A stretch of DNA of 64,000 bases from Candidatus Latescibacterota bacterium (GTDB lineage: Bacteria; Latescibacterota; UBA2968): NCBI GenBank assembly GCA_965208125.1, contig OZ242320.1, forward strand, positions 3,776,001-3,840,000, in the 5' to 3' direction. Positions 9,090 to 19,335 of this stretch are shown piece by piece; position 1 is the first letter of the stretch, and the number at the start of each line of letters is the position of its first letter. Both the position numbers and the translations under genes were made by a program. The notes below the pieces were generated by a model. The model was not told the DNA's origin. It searched no databases and worked only from the letters and a program-made list of their open reading frames with translations.

Positions 9090-10265
9090 TTGCAGATCCC
9101 TTCTTCATATCAACCCGGGTACGAAGAGGCCCTTCTGACCGATCCCGATCTCGCCAAAACGTACATTCAACACACGCTTATCGGCGATCCCGATGCCGAT
9201 GCCCTGATCAATGGATTAGCCGGTATTGACGAGAAGCAACAGAGCGAATTTATCAGGGCTGGAATGGATCTGGATGAGGAAAAACTGCGTGATGCGCCGC
9301 AGGGAGTGCGGGAGTTTTTTGAGAAGATCGGGACGCCACCCGCGTGGTTCGATCCACAGTCCGTATATCCCGGATGCCGTGGCTTCCAAGCCTATTCAGA
9401 TCTGTTTCTTACCTCGTTTGTCGTGGATATTATTGTACAGGGTTTCACGACGCTGATCAGCCAATCGTTTTTCACCACAGGAAGGCTGACCGATTATGGG
9501 GTGCGGCGGCTAAAGCAAAATATACTTCACCTCCTGGAAATTATGTTGCCGGGTGGCCTGGAGCGACATGGCGAGGGCTGGAAACTGTCTGTCCGTCTGC
9601 GGCTGGTGCATGCACAGGTCAGGCGGCATCTTCTCGCTTCTGAGGAGTGGGACCATGAAGCCCACGGCATGCCGATCAGTGCTGCCCACATCGCGCTCGC
9701 GTCCTGTAATTTCTCCGGGATGCTGTTGCGGTCAGCCACGCGAATTGGCGCACGTCTAAACGATGAAGAACGCGACAGTTTTATGCAGATATGGCGCTAT
9801 ACCGCTCACCTGATGGGTGTGCCCGAGGCACTCTTGTTCAGCAATGAGACCGAAGCCTGTGAAATATACCGCGTGGGTTATATCTGCGAGCCACCCCCTG
9901 GTCTGGAAGCTATTGCTATGGCAAACTCGGTGATTGCCTCGGCTCCTTACGTGATCGGTATTAAAGACGAGAAAGAGCGAGATAATCTATCTGGTTTTGG
10001 GTACCGCCTTTCCCGAGCGTTAATTGGAGACGAACTCGCCGATCAACTCATGTTCCCCAAAAGTCGGACATCTGGGCCCGGGACACTGGTATATTTGCGG
10101 CTGAGGCGCAGAATCCAGGACATCCTCGATGTCCTGCTATGGTGGAGACCGGATCATCGTACCCAAAGCTTCATGGCCTTGCTCGACGTATCTACGCTCG
10201 AAGAACATAAAATCAGTTACCGATTACCCGACAAGCTACACGCAGACGAGGCGAAGCCGTGGTGA
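9090..10265 (+). CDS. oxygenase MpaB/latex-clearing-protein (DUF2236) family, paralog with TTG start
   Basis: Colinear and highly similar to 7758-8936; same motifs. Confidence 0.8.
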   Translation: MQIPSSYQPGYEEALLTDPDLAKTYIQHTLIGDPDADALINGLAGIDEKQQSEFIRAGMDLDEEKLRDAPQGVREFFEKIGTPPAWFDPQSVYPGCRGFQAYSDLFLTSFVVDIIVQGFTTLISQSFFTTGRLTDYGVRRLKQNILHLLEIMLPGGLERHGEGWKLSVRLRLVHAQVRRHLLASEEWDHEAHGMPISAAHIALASCNFSGMLLRSATRIGARLNDEERDSFMQIWRYTAHLMGVPEALLFSNETEACEIYRVGYICEPPPGLEAIAMANSVIASAPYVIGIKDEKERDNLSGFGYRLSRALIGDELADQLMFPKSRTSGPGTLVYLRLRRRIQDILDVLLWWRPDHRTQSFMALLDVSTLEEHKISYRLPDKLHADEAKPW

Positions 10266-10344
10266 GGTATGACGGTCTTTATCCACCAATATATAAATGA
10301 GGAAATCATTCGCTCGGTGAACTCGTCGCCGCACTTAATCCGAA

Positions 10345-12648
10345 ATGGTCGAAGGAGTGTTTCTTTTGCGATTAGAACGTTACATCGCTGTCATTTTGCG
10401 CTATCGATGGTTGGTCGTTGCGCTCGCAACGCTGGTCATGCTGGCTATCGCGGCAGGTGTTCGCTTCATCACCGTTACAAATGATTACCGCATTCTATTT
10501 GGCGAAGACAATCCGCAACTCCTCGCTTTCGACGCTCTGGAGAACACGTATTCGGCCTCCAATGCGGCACTGATTGCCATTGCGCCGCGAGATGGCTCGG
10601 TGTTTACCCGCGAGGCGCTTGGCGCTGTTGAGGAACTGACCGAAGCCGCGTGGCTTGCGCCTTATTCCAGTCGCGTCAATTCCCTTACCAATTATACCCA
10701 TAGCGAAGCACTTGATGACGATTTGGTTGTCGCTCCGCTCGTTGACGACGCATCTTCTCTGAGTGATGCCGATGTGGTGCGAATCGAGAAGACCGCGCTG
10801 AACGCAATCGAAATTGCCGGACGTCTGGTGTCTCATGATGGGCGCACGGCCGGGGTGGCTATTAATTTTATTCTGCCCGAAAATCACGACCAGGCAGTAA
10901 TCGAAATTACCGATTATCTCAATTCGGTCCTCAGTCAAGCCCGCACGAGCCATCCGGATATCGATTATTACATGACCGGCGATGTCGTCATGAACCGGAC
11001 TTTCGCCGATGTCACGAAGAACGACATGGAGACTCTGACACCTGTTGTATTTCTCATCATTGTAGGTGCCACAATTATTCTCCTGCGTTCGATTCTCAGC
11101 ACTTTGGCTATTGTTGCCGTGCTCGTGTTTGTCATCAGTACGACTATGGGATTTGCCGGCTGGAATGGCGTGGTGTTCAGCCCCACCAATGCCGGTGTGC
11201 CGATTATTGTCATGGTGATCGCCATCGCGGATTCGATCCATGTTGTCACGAGTGTTTTATTGGGTATGAGACGCGGTCTGGACAGAAATGCGGCGATTGT
11301 TGAGTCGATCCGCATCAATGCCTATCCGGTATTTATCACTTCGGTCACGACGGCGATTGGATTCCTCAGTCTGAATGCCTCAGATTCGCCGCCTTTTCAC
11401 ATTCTGGGCAATTACGTGGCATTTGGTGTATTATGCGCGCTTGTTTACACTATGACGCTATTGCCGGCATTGCTTTCGATTCTGCCCTTGCGCGCGTCTC
11501 TTGTGCAGTCTCACGGGACGGCCTTTTTCGACCGTTTTGCCGACTTTGTCATCGCCCGTCGCAAATTTCTGCTCTGGTTCGTCACTGCGGTTGTCGTTGT
11601 CCTGATACTCGGCGTTCCCCGCATTGAGTTAAGCGATAATATGGCGCAGTATTTTGATGATCGATACGAGTTCCGGCGCGATACGGATTATATTATTGAT
11701 AATCTGACTGGTCTGGATAAGCTGGAATATTCGCTGAGTGCAGGGCGCGAAGGGGGTATTACCGATCCGGATTATCTGCGCCAGGTCGATGCTTTTGCCG
11801 AGTGGTACCGGGAACAACCCGAGGTGACCCATGTCCAGGCTTTTTCGGATATTATGAAACGTCTCAATAAAAATATGCATGGCGACGATCCCGCCTTTTA
11901 TCGCTTGCCTGAAGATCCGGATCTCGCGGCGCAGTATCTGTTGCTTTACGAGTTTTCGCTTCCGTTTGGCAGCGATCTTAACGACCGCATAGATGTCGCC
12001 AAATCCGCTACGCGTCTGAGTGTCGTGACCAGGAATGCGTGGTCTCGAGATCTGCGTGAACTCGATAAGCGCGCACAGGTCTGGCTCCAGGCCAATGCAC
12101 CCGCTTTTGCACACGAAGCATCGGGTCTGAGCATTGTCTTTGCCCATCTGTCCCTGCGAAATATCAGTAGTATGTTGCGCGGTACGATCACTGCGATGGC
12201 ACTCATTTCATTCATCCTGATCTGGATTTTCAAAAGTGTTCGGGTCGGTCTCCTCAGCTTGTTGCCCAATTTTATCCCCGCGATTATGAGCTTTGGCCTG
12301 TGGGGCTATCTCGTCGGCCATGTGGGTATTGCCTCTTCGGTGGTGATTGCCGTTGTTTTTGGAATTGTCGTGGATGATACGATTCATTTTCTGAGCAAAT
12401 ATCTGAAGGCCCGACGCGAGGGTCTTCCCGCTCCCGAGGCCGTGCGCTATACTTTTAACACGGTGGGCCATGCGTTATGGACGACGACCGCAGTGTTGTC
12501 CGTGGGATTTCTTGTGTTCGCCACATCGGGATTTGAGGTGAGTTGGGCACTCGGTCTTTTGGTCACGATTACGATTGTCTTCGCGCTTGTTGCCGACTTT
12601 TTACTTTTGCCAACTCTACTGATTGCTATTGATCGGAGAAATTCATGA
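10345..12648 (+). CDS. RND/MMPL family transporter
   Basis: Two repeats of TM, periplasmic loop, 5 TM; IADSIH and GIVVDDTIHF motifs; start uncertain. Confidence 0.9.
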   Translation: MVEGVFLLRLERYIAVILRYRWLVVALATLVMLAIAAGVRFITVTNDYRILFGEDNPQLLAFDALENTYSASNAALIAIAPRDGSVFTREALGAVEELTEAAWLAPYSSRVNSLTNYTHSEALDDDLVVAPLVDDASSLSDADVVRIEKTALNAIEIAGRLVSHDGRTAGVAINFILPENHDQAVIEITDYLNSVLSQARTSHPDIDYYMTGDVVMNRTFADVTKNDMETLTPVVFLIIVGATIILLRSILSTLAIVAVLVFVISTTMGFAGWNGVVFSPTNAGVPIIVMVIAIADSIHVVTSVLLGMRRGLDRNAAIVESIRINAYPVFITSVTTAIGFLSLNASDSPPFHILGNYVAFGVLCALVYTMTLLPALLSILPLRASLVQSHGTAFFDRFADFVIARRKFLLWFVTAVVVVLILGVPRIELSDNMAQYFDDRYEFRRDTDYIIDNLTGLDKLEYSLSAGREGGITDPDYLRQVDAFAEWYREQPEVTHVQAFSDIMKRLNKNMHGDDPAFYRLPEDPDLAAQYLLLYEFSLPFGSDLNDRIDVAKSATRLSVVTRNAWSRDLRELDKRAQVWLQANAPAFAHEASGLSIVFAHLSLRNISSMLRGTITAMALISFILIWIFKSVRVGLLSLLPNFIPAIMSFGLWGYLVGHVGIASSVVIAVVFGIVVDDTIHFLSKYLKARREGLPAPEAVRYTFNTVGHALWTTTAVLSVGFLVFATSGFEVSWALGLLVTITIVFALVADFLLLPTLLIAIDRRNS

Positions 12649-13454
12649 TACCAATACGACCAATACACCTGTTTTTCGCGCTTTGTCCAATTATTTTGTT
12701 TTGTCTCGGCGTGTCATCACCCGCTCGTTCCGAAAGTGCAGAGGAAACCGGGTTGAAAATCGCTCAGGATTCCCAGGATCGCGAGAAGGGTTTTGGTAAT
12801 TTTACAGCCCAACAAACCATGGTGTTGCGCAACAAACACGGACAAGAGAGTCGTCGCCAACTACGGGTAAAGGTTCTCGAGGTCTCCGAAGATGGCGACA
12901 AAAGTCTGTTTGTGTTCGATGAACCGCGCGATGTTAAGGGAACGGCGTTGCTTATTCACGCGCATAGGGAAAGCGCGGACGACCAATGGCTTTATTTGCC
13001 TGCTCTGAAACGCGTCAAACGCATTAGTTCGTCCAACCAGTCCGGCTCTTTTATGGGAAGTGAATTTGCTTATGAGGACCTGACCCCTCAGGCTGTGGAG
13101 AAATTTACCTATCGTTACCTGCGCGACGAGGCATATGGCGATTTGACATGCACGGTCTCAGAACGCTTTCCCGTGGATAAGAAATCGGGCTATAGCCGCC
13201 AGGTGGTCTGGAGGGACAAGGACGAGCTTCGCGTCTGGAAAGTGGAGTATTACGACCGCAAGAATTCACATCTGAAGACGCTTACGCTGGGGAATTATGC
13301 GCAGTACCTGGATCGTTACTGGCGCGCTGGGGAGATGACGATGGTCAATCATTTAACCGGGAAAAGTACGGTTCTGACCTGGACGGATTTCGAGTTTCAG
13401 ATAGATCTTAATGACCGCGATTTCACGCAAACCGGGCTAAGACGGGTGCGTTGA
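12645..13454 (+). CDS. outer membrane lipoprotein-sorting protein (LolA-like)
   Basis: Signal peptide; DDQWLYLPALKRVKRISSSNQSGSFMGSEFAYEDL signature; ATGA overlap with RND gene. Confidence 0.85.
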   Translation: MIPIRPIHLFFALCPIILFCLGVSSPARSESAEETGLKIAQDSQDREKGFGNFTAQQTMVLRNKHGQESRRQLRVKVLEVSEDGDKSLFVFDEPRDVKGTALLIHAHRESADDQWLYLPALKRVKRISSSNQSGSFMGSEFAYEDLTPQAVEKFTYRYLRDEAYGDLTCTVSERFPVDKKSGYSRQVVWRDKDELRVWKVEYYDRKNSHLKTLTLGNYAQYLDRYWRAGEMTMVNHLTGKSTVLTWTDFEFQIDLNDRDFTQTGLRRVR

Positions 13455-14704
13455 TGTTACGCCGTACCTCTCTTTATCTCGTCGCTATCTGGATTTTGGC
13501 TCAGGTCTTTGCCGATGGTGTATGTGCCGAAATTGGGATTGATCGCGATTTTTCCGGGCGCGTGAATGTCGAAAGCCGATGGTTTCCCCAGGCCGGTGCT
13601 TTTTCCGGTCAGGGGGCACATGCCATCGGTTTTGTTGTAGTACCCAAACTTTATCTTGAAGACGATAAGGGGCGGAGTTTCACGCTGTCACCGTTCTTTC
13701 GCTATGACAACGCGGATCCACGCCGCACCCATGCCGATCTGCGCGAAGCCTATTTTCTACTATTCGGCGAGATCGGCGATGGCGAATGGGAGTTGCGCGT
13801 GGGTATTGATCAGGTTTTTTGGGGCGTTACAGAATCGCAACATCTGGTCGATATTGTCAATCAGGTTGATCTGGTGGAGCATCCAAATGGAGAGACAAAG
13901 CTGGGGCAGCCGATGGTGCATGTCACCTATTCCAGCAGTTGGGGGGTGATGGAGTTTTTTGCTTTGCCGTATCACCGGGTGCGTACCTTTCCGGGCGAAT
14001 CTGGTCGCCTGCGTCTTCCGATTGTGGTGGAAGATAAGCAGGCCGAGTATGAGAGCGAGGCACATCTGGATTTCGCGGGGCGGTATAGTCAGAGTTTTGG
14101 TGCTGTGGATGTTGGTGTGAGTGTATTCAACGGTACCAGTCGGGAGCCTTTTTTGATGCCGGGCGCAGATCGTAGCGGAGCGCCGGTATTGGTTCAGTTC
14201 TACGATCAGATCCGTCAGTTTGGGCTGGATGCGCAACTGACTGTCGGTTCGTGGTTGTTCAAGTTCGAGGCTATTCAGCGCGCGGGTGCTCGAAACCTGC
14301 TGGGCATGGAAGAAGATTATGTGGCTTCTGTTTTTGGCGGCGAATACACGTTTTATTCCGTGTTTGGTTCGGCTGTTGATGTCAGTTTGCTCGGCGAATG
14401 GAATTACGATGGACGGGGACGCAATGCGACGCCGAGTCGTTCGCCCAATACGCTCGAGAACGATTTCTTTTTTGCTACGCGCCTTGCGTTTAACGATGTT
14501 CAGAGTACTGAAATTGTAGCGAGTATTCTGGGGGATGTGGGCCGTTCTACACGCGCACTATCTGTCGAATTGGATCGGCGTATCTCTGATCAGGTGTCTC
14601 TAAACATAGAGGCGATACATCTTCTCAGTATTGATAAAGCAGATATCCACTACGATACGCGACGCGATAGTTTTGTTGATCTGAGACTGATTTGCAATTT
14701 TTAG
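13451..14704 (+). CDS. outer membrane beta-barrel protein partnered with RND/LolA-like genes
   Basis: Signal peptide, LREAY, FWGVTESQHLVDIVNQ, C-terminal Phe; overlaps upstream stop. Confidence 0.75.
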   Translation: MMLRRTSLYLVAIWILAQVFADGVCAEIGIDRDFSGRVNVESRWFPQAGAFSGQGAHAIGFVVVPKLYLEDDKGRSFTLSPFFRYDNADPRRTHADLREAYFLLFGEIGDGEWELRVGIDQVFWGVTESQHLVDIVNQVDLVEHPNGETKLGQPMVHVTYSSSWGVMEFFALPYHRVRTFPGESGRLRLPIVVEDKQAEYESEAHLDFAGRYSQSFGAVDVGVSVFNGTSREPFLMPGADRSGAPVLVQFYDQIRQFGLDAQLTVGSWLFKFEAIQRAGARNLLGMEEDYVASVFGGEYTFYSVFGSAVDVSLLGEWNYDGRGRNATPSRSPNTLENDFFFATRLAFNDVQSTEIVASILGDVGRSTRALSVELDRRISDQVSLNIEAIHLLSIDKADIHYDTRRDSFVDLRLICNF

Positions 14705-14726
14705 TTGTTGCACTATCTCTAATTAA

Positions 14727-14766
14727 AAACACCCCCTGCCTGGCCATTCCGGGCGAGGGGGTATTT
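14727..14766. terminator. terminator between convergent genes
   Basis: ACCCCCTGCCTGG-CCATT-CCGGGCGAGGGGGT flanked by A/T runs. Confidence 0.65.
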
Positions 14767-14784
14767 GGTTGTATGAAGAAGCGA

Positions 14785-16104
14785 TCACGTTACGCCAGGT
14801 TCCATACCCGGTTCGCCCGCGTGGTAAGACGCCAGGCACCAGGGGTCCCGGGTTTCTTTGCGGAAGGTGCGAACTTTTTGTCGCATGGCTTCGGCGATGT
14901 CTTGAACAGCGGGATCGTCGATGATGTTGGTGGATTCCATGGGGTCGTTTTCAATGTCGAAGAGGGCTTCGGCATCCTGGTGTAGAAATTTTTCCGTGCG
15001 GCGTTTGCCCATTTCCAGATTTTCTCGGCGAATGGCCTGCCAGGTGGGCGATGCCCACAGGTCACTGGGCAAAGGGGTGGTGAGTTCGGGATAGAGATTG
15101 CGGACGTATTTGTATTTGCGTCCGCGCAGAACCCGGTAGGGATAGTAATTGGTGACTTCGTGAAAGGTGTGGGAAAAGAAGGTTTCGTCAAATCCCTCGG
15201 GATGTGTTTCGTCGAGGATGGGAACGAGAGATTTTTCGGGCAAACCTTCAGGGGGTTCAACGCCGCACCATTCATAGATGGTCGGGGCGATGTTGTTCCA
15301 GTTGACGAGGGCGTCACTGACAACGGCTTCGGCATTTGGGCGCGTAATGATGAGCGGACAGTGATGGCCTGTGTCAAAAGAAGAGGCTTTGCCGCCTGGA
15401 AAGGGCATGCCGTGGTCGCTCATGACGATGATCATGGTGTCGTCGGCTCGGCCAGCGTCTTGAAGTGCCTGCACTGCCATGCCAATGCCGGTGTCGAGGC
15501 GAGAGACGGATTGGTAGTATTCGACAAATTCTCGTCGGACATCTGGATGGTCGGGCAGAAAATCGGGGACGATGACTTCTTCGGGTGAATACGTGACTTC
15601 GGGGACGCCGGGATAGGTTTGTTTGTTGCCGAAGTCACGGTGGGGATCGGAATAACCGACGTGGAGATAGAATGGCTGGTCGTTGTCAATGCTTTCAAAG
15701 AATTTTGATATGTTGTCCGCGATAGAACGCACATTGCGCCCACCACCGGCTTCATAGTTCCAGGGATAGACAGATTCGGGTTGTACGTGGAGTTTGCCGA
15801 CAACGCCGGTTGTGAATCCAGCGGATTGCAGTGTTTTGGGAATTGAAGGCATGTTGAGTTGTGTGTGGAAGTTGTGGATGCTGTGCGAGTGACCGTATTG
15901 ACCATGTGTGTGGCTGTAGTGCCCGGTGAGCAGGTTGGCGCGGCTGGCTGCACAGGATGGGGTGGTGCAAAAGGCGTGTTTAAATAAGGTGCCTCGTGCG
16001 GCAAGTGCATCTACGCTGGGCATTTTGATGACGTCATTGCCGTAACATCCAGCAATGGGGCTCCAATCGTCGGCTATGAGTAAGAGGACGTTGCGATAGG
16101 ACAT
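14785..16104 (-). CDS. sulfatase, N-sulfoglucosamine sulfohydrolase-like
   Basis: NVLLLIADD, SCAASRA, GKLHV, DPHR, SHTFHEVTNYYP (as in sulfamidases); start at ATG 16104 after AAGGAG. Confidence 0.85.
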   Translation of the reverse strand: MSYRNVLLLIADDWSPIAGCYGNDVIKMPSVDALAARGTLFKHAFCTTPSCAASRANLLTGHYSHTHGQYGHSHSIHNFHTQLNMPSIPKTLQSAGFTTGVVGKLHVQPESVYPWNYEAGGGRNVRSIADNISKFFESIDNDQPFYLHVGYSDPHRDFGNKQTYPGVPEVTYSPEEVIVPDFLPDHPDVRREFVEYYQSVSRLDTGIGMAVQALQDAGRADDTMIIVMSDHGMPFPGGKASSFDTGHHCPLIITRPNAEAVVSDALVNWNNIAPTIYEWCGVEPPEGLPEKSLVPILDETHPEGFDETFFSHTFHEVTNYYPYRVLRGRKYKYVRNLYPELTTPLPSDLWASPTWQAIRRENLEMGKRRTEKFLHQDAEALFDIENDPMESTNIIDDPAVQDIAEAMRQKVRTFRKETRDPWCLASYHAGEPGMEPGVT

Positions 16105-16180
16105 AATATCTCCTTGTTGTGATTGCACCCTTTGGACGCTTCAATGTGGGTGGTTATGTGGTTTTCCATTCGGTTTAATA

Positions 16181-17998
16181 TCATACTTTGTCTAACCAGA
16201 TCGGGCTGGTCCACGCCCGGTGACCATCGTGCTGGTAGATGCGAAGATAGCAGTAGTGAACACCTGAGGGTGAAAAGGTCAGGTGGACGGTATCTCCCAG
16301 GATAATGTGCTGTTTTTTGGGTGTAAAGGTTTGGGATATGTCCCCATTGACCATCAATTCGATGCGGTCTATGTCTGCTGTGCCCAGAACTTCGGCGGTA
16401 AATTCGTAGCGATGTGCCCTGACAGTGCTGCCCATGGGATGGGAATTGATTTGAAAATCGATATAGATCCGGGTGCCAGTGGTGGCGTAGCACCGGCGCT
16501 TTGAGAAAGCATCGAAGATGGTGGGGCGGTCAAGCCGTTCCGCCCACAGGCCGGTAAGTCCCGCGGGTTTGCCAGGTCCCGGTTCCGGATAAGGGTTTGC
16601 CGGACGGGAGTCGTGGGTGTCGCTGCCGCTGACAATACCGAGTTTGAGACCCTGAAACTGGATGGCCCGGTTGATTTTGGCTTCTTCAAGATCCACGTTG
16701 ACATTCTGCTTCTGGTAGATTTCTGCGAGGCATTCCCGTTCATAAAAGGCGGTGTGAAAGTGCCCTTGAGTGAATCCGCCCCGGGCATGGACGGCGTCAT
16801 AGAGTTCTCGGTAATCCTTGCAGAAGACGGTTTCCGGATGGTAGCGCGCCTGGAGTTTGGGGTCGTGGGCTTCGGGTCGATCTTCGCAGAAGATGGGAGA
16901 AAGACCGTCCAGGTCGGGAAAGAATCCGAGACGATGACTGCCGTCGGGCGGTGTGGCGAATTCAATGGAGGGGAGAGCAATAAATTCTCCGGGCAGTGTG
17001 AAGGAACGCCAGGCATCTATAAGCTGTTCCCAGACTTCGGCGATGCAGGCGCTATACGAAAAAAGCTGTCCGCCCGAGAAGCTCAGATGGGCGATGTCTC
17101 TGGCCCAGATAAAATAGTCTGTCAGAGGACGCTGGTTGAACAGCATGCCGTGGATATCACCCCAGTACAGAGTTAAATCAGAGGGTGTAGTAGTGACCCG
17201 CGTGGGATTGCTCTGAGCGTTCAGCTTTCCACACATGGCAGAGATCTGGTCCCAGGGGGCCTTCGCAGAGAGGTGCGTACGCGTGGTGTGGGAATTGTCC
17301 AGAAATACGCTGATGCTTTCCGCTGCAGTAGCAAGGGTGAGTTCGTCTTTGGAAAAGACGGGATTGCCGTATGTGTCGATGGGGGTGACCTGCGCTGCGA
17401 TACGCCCTGTGCTCAGCGCGTGCGCTGTCACCCGGAGCGTTTCCACAGATCCGGGCGCAATGGTGAGGGGATTGCTCTTGAGAATGGAGAGGTCTGTATC
17501 TCTGGGCAAAAAAAAGTGATACTTACCTCCTGGATGATCAAAAGAAAGGACACCGTCCAGATCTTCGACAAGCCAGAAGTGAAAGGCGTCAATGGCGTTC
17601 TGCGGGAGCAGAAACCCGTCCGGATGGGTGCGAAGCGCAATGGTGACGCGTTCTCCGGGTGCAACCCGACCTTTTTCGCACCTGATGTGAACGGCGTGGA
17701 GAAACTCGGGCGTCAACGGGTGCGTGTCAAAGGTGCGCACAACGCCGCCTCCCACAAGGGGGACGCCCTCCCAGTCCGTGTCTGGTGGGCCTGTGATCTC
17801 GATGCCGTCGTGGGGTTGAAATGCCTGATCCCTGTTGAGGTACTGGCGGATGTCGTAGAAGATCCACAGGTTTCCACCGGCCCGAAATCCGCCGTCCGGT
17901 GCCCGGTAGTGGAGCCGGAGATCCACGGGACAGCAGACCTGAAGCCTGCCGGCTGCGGTTGCCCAAAATCGGCTGTCGGGCATGTGAATGTCTCGCAT
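16181..17998 (-). CDS. DUF3604 / PHP-like metallohydrolase
   Basis: YWGDIHG, SGSDTHD, GLTGLWA...RRCYATTG, AWTSPIW; start probably ATG 17998 just after the upstream stop (18034 possible). Confidence 0.7.
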   Translation of the reverse strand: MRDIHMPDSRFWATAAGRLQVCCPVDLRLHYRAPDGGFRAGGNLWIFYDIRQYLNRDQAFQPHDGIEITGPPDTDWEGVPLVGGGVVRTFDTHPLTPEFLHAVHIRCEKGRVAPGERVTIALRTHPDGFLLPQNAIDAFHFWLVEDLDGVLSFDHPGGKYHFFLPRDTDLSILKSNPLTIAPGSVETLRVTAHALSTGRIAAQVTPIDTYGNPVFSKDELTLATAAESISVFLDNSHTTRTHLSAKAPWDQISAMCGKLNAQSNPTRVTTTPSDLTLYWGDIHGMLFNQRPLTDYFIWARDIAHLSFSGGQLFSYSACIAEVWEQLIDAWRSFTLPGEFIALPSIEFATPPDGSHRLGFFPDLDGLSPIFCEDRPEAHDPKLQARYHPETVFCKDYRELYDAVHARGGFTQGHFHTAFYERECLAEIYQKQNVNVDLEEAKINRAIQFQGLKLGIVSGSDTHDSRPANPYPEPGPGKPAGLTGLWAERLDRPTIFDAFSKRRCYATTGTRIYIDFQINSHPMGSTVRAHRYEFTAEVLGTADIDRIELMVNGDISQTFTPKKQHIILGDTVHLTFSPSGVHYCYLRIYQHDGHRAWTSPIWLDKV

Positions 17999-17999
17999 C

Positions 18000-19313
18000 T
18001 TACCTTTTTGAACTGTTGTCGCGTTTTCGCTCATCGGCTATTTGTTCGAGCATGCGATGCACGCGGTCGGTTTGTTTAGAGGTAATATTTGTTGTTTCAT
18101 AGGGGTCGGCACCAATGTGAAAGAGTTCGGTTTCTTCAGGTGTCTGGCCTTCTTCGTAGATCAATTTCCAATTGCCCGTTCGCAGGCCAAAGGACGATCC
18201 TCTAAAGTTCCAGAAGATAGACCGTTCTTCAGGTACGGTGATGTCGCCTGTGAGCAGAGACCAGATGTCCTGACCATCCCATTGGGGATCGCTGTTCGGC
18301 GTGTAACCGATGAGATTGGTCAGGGTTGGCATCCAATCGGTTATGTGCAGGGGGTGAAGGCATTTGCCGGGTTGGAGATGAAAAGGCCAATTGATTAGAG
18401 TAGGAGTGCGGATACCGCCTTCGTAGAGTTGAGATTTTTGTCCCCGCAAGGGCAGGTTGCTGCCCAGGCGCGGCATGTCTTCGTGGCGGCCTGGGTATTT
18501 GTCCGTGTCGTGAAGTGGGCCAGCAGGGATGGCACCGTTATCCGATGAGAAGATGATGATGGTGTTTTCGCGCTGGCACAGACGGGCAAGGCTTTCGACG
18601 AGTTGGCCGATGGCGTGATCCATCTGGCTGGCGTAGGCGGCATAGGTTTTGAATGAGCGGTCTTTGTTGTCGTCGGGATCATAGCGTCGGTCTGAATAGC
18701 GATCTATCCAGTGTTGCGGCGCTTTGATGGGGGTGTGAACAGCAGTGAAAGGGACATAGCAAAACCAGGGGCCTGTTTGTTCTTCGATCCACTGAGTGGC
18801 TTCCCGAGCGATGAGGTCGGTGACGTGACCGCGTTCTTCGATGAGTTCGCCATTGCGGTGCCAGGTGACGCTGAATGGCCCCGATTTGTAGCGGTGGTTA
18901 TAGGGGTCAACGCCGCCAGCCAGGCTCCCATAAGCTGTATTGAAACCAAATTGGTGGGGACCGTATTCGGGGGAGGATCCCAAATGCCATTTTCCAAAGA
19001 GGCCGGTTTCATAGCCTGCATTGCGAAAGGATGTGGCGAGTGTTTCATAGCCGTCGGGGAGGACGGGGGCGTTGGATGGGACAGTGGCATGGCGTCCAAA
19101 GCGACCGGGATGACGGCCGGTCAATAGGCATGTGCGGGTGGGTGTGCACATGGGACAGACGTAGTGCTGGTCGAGTTCGATTCCCGTGGCTGCGAGGCGG
19201 TCGATATTGGGCGTGCGAATGTGTGAGCCGTGATAGCTGACGTCACCCCAGCCCATGTCGTCGGCGAGGATGAAGAGGATGTTGGGTTTTTCAATTTTTC
19301 CAGATTTTGTCAT
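18000..19313 (-). CDS. arylsulfatase B-like sulfatase
   Basis: PNILFILADDMGWGD, MCTPTR, GKWHLG, SDNG, YEGGIRTP. Confidence 0.9.
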   Translation of the reverse strand: MTKSGKIEKPNILFILADDMGWGDVSYHGSHIRTPNIDRLAATGIELDQHYVCPMCTPTRTCLLTGRHPGRFGRHATVPSNAPVLPDGYETLATSFRNAGYETGLFGKWHLGSSPEYGPHQFGFNTAYGSLAGGVDPYNHRYKSGPFSVTWHRNGELIEERGHVTDLIAREATQWIEEQTGPWFCYVPFTAVHTPIKAPQHWIDRYSDRRYDPDDNKDRSFKTYAAYASQMDHAIGQLVESLARLCQRENTIIIFSSDNGAIPAGPLHDTDKYPGRHEDMPRLGSNLPLRGQKSQLYEGGIRTPTLINWPFHLQPGKCLHPLHITDWMPTLTNLIGYTPNSDPQWDGQDIWSLLTGDITVPEERSIFWNFRGSSFGLRTGNWKLIYEEGQTPEETELFHIGADPYETTNITSKQTDRVHRMLEQIADERKRDNSSKR

Positions 19314-19335
19314 GTCGGGTATCCTTTTAAATAAG

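Larger units (their letters stand above)
7631..10265 (+). repeat. tandem duplication (period 1332 bp) of leader plus oxygenase gene
   Basis: AATAAAACTTGACAAAAAAT...CCTCGAGAATTTGGATTAAAATGAGG at 7631 and 8963; starts at 7758 and 9090 share the same offset. Confidence 0.9.
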
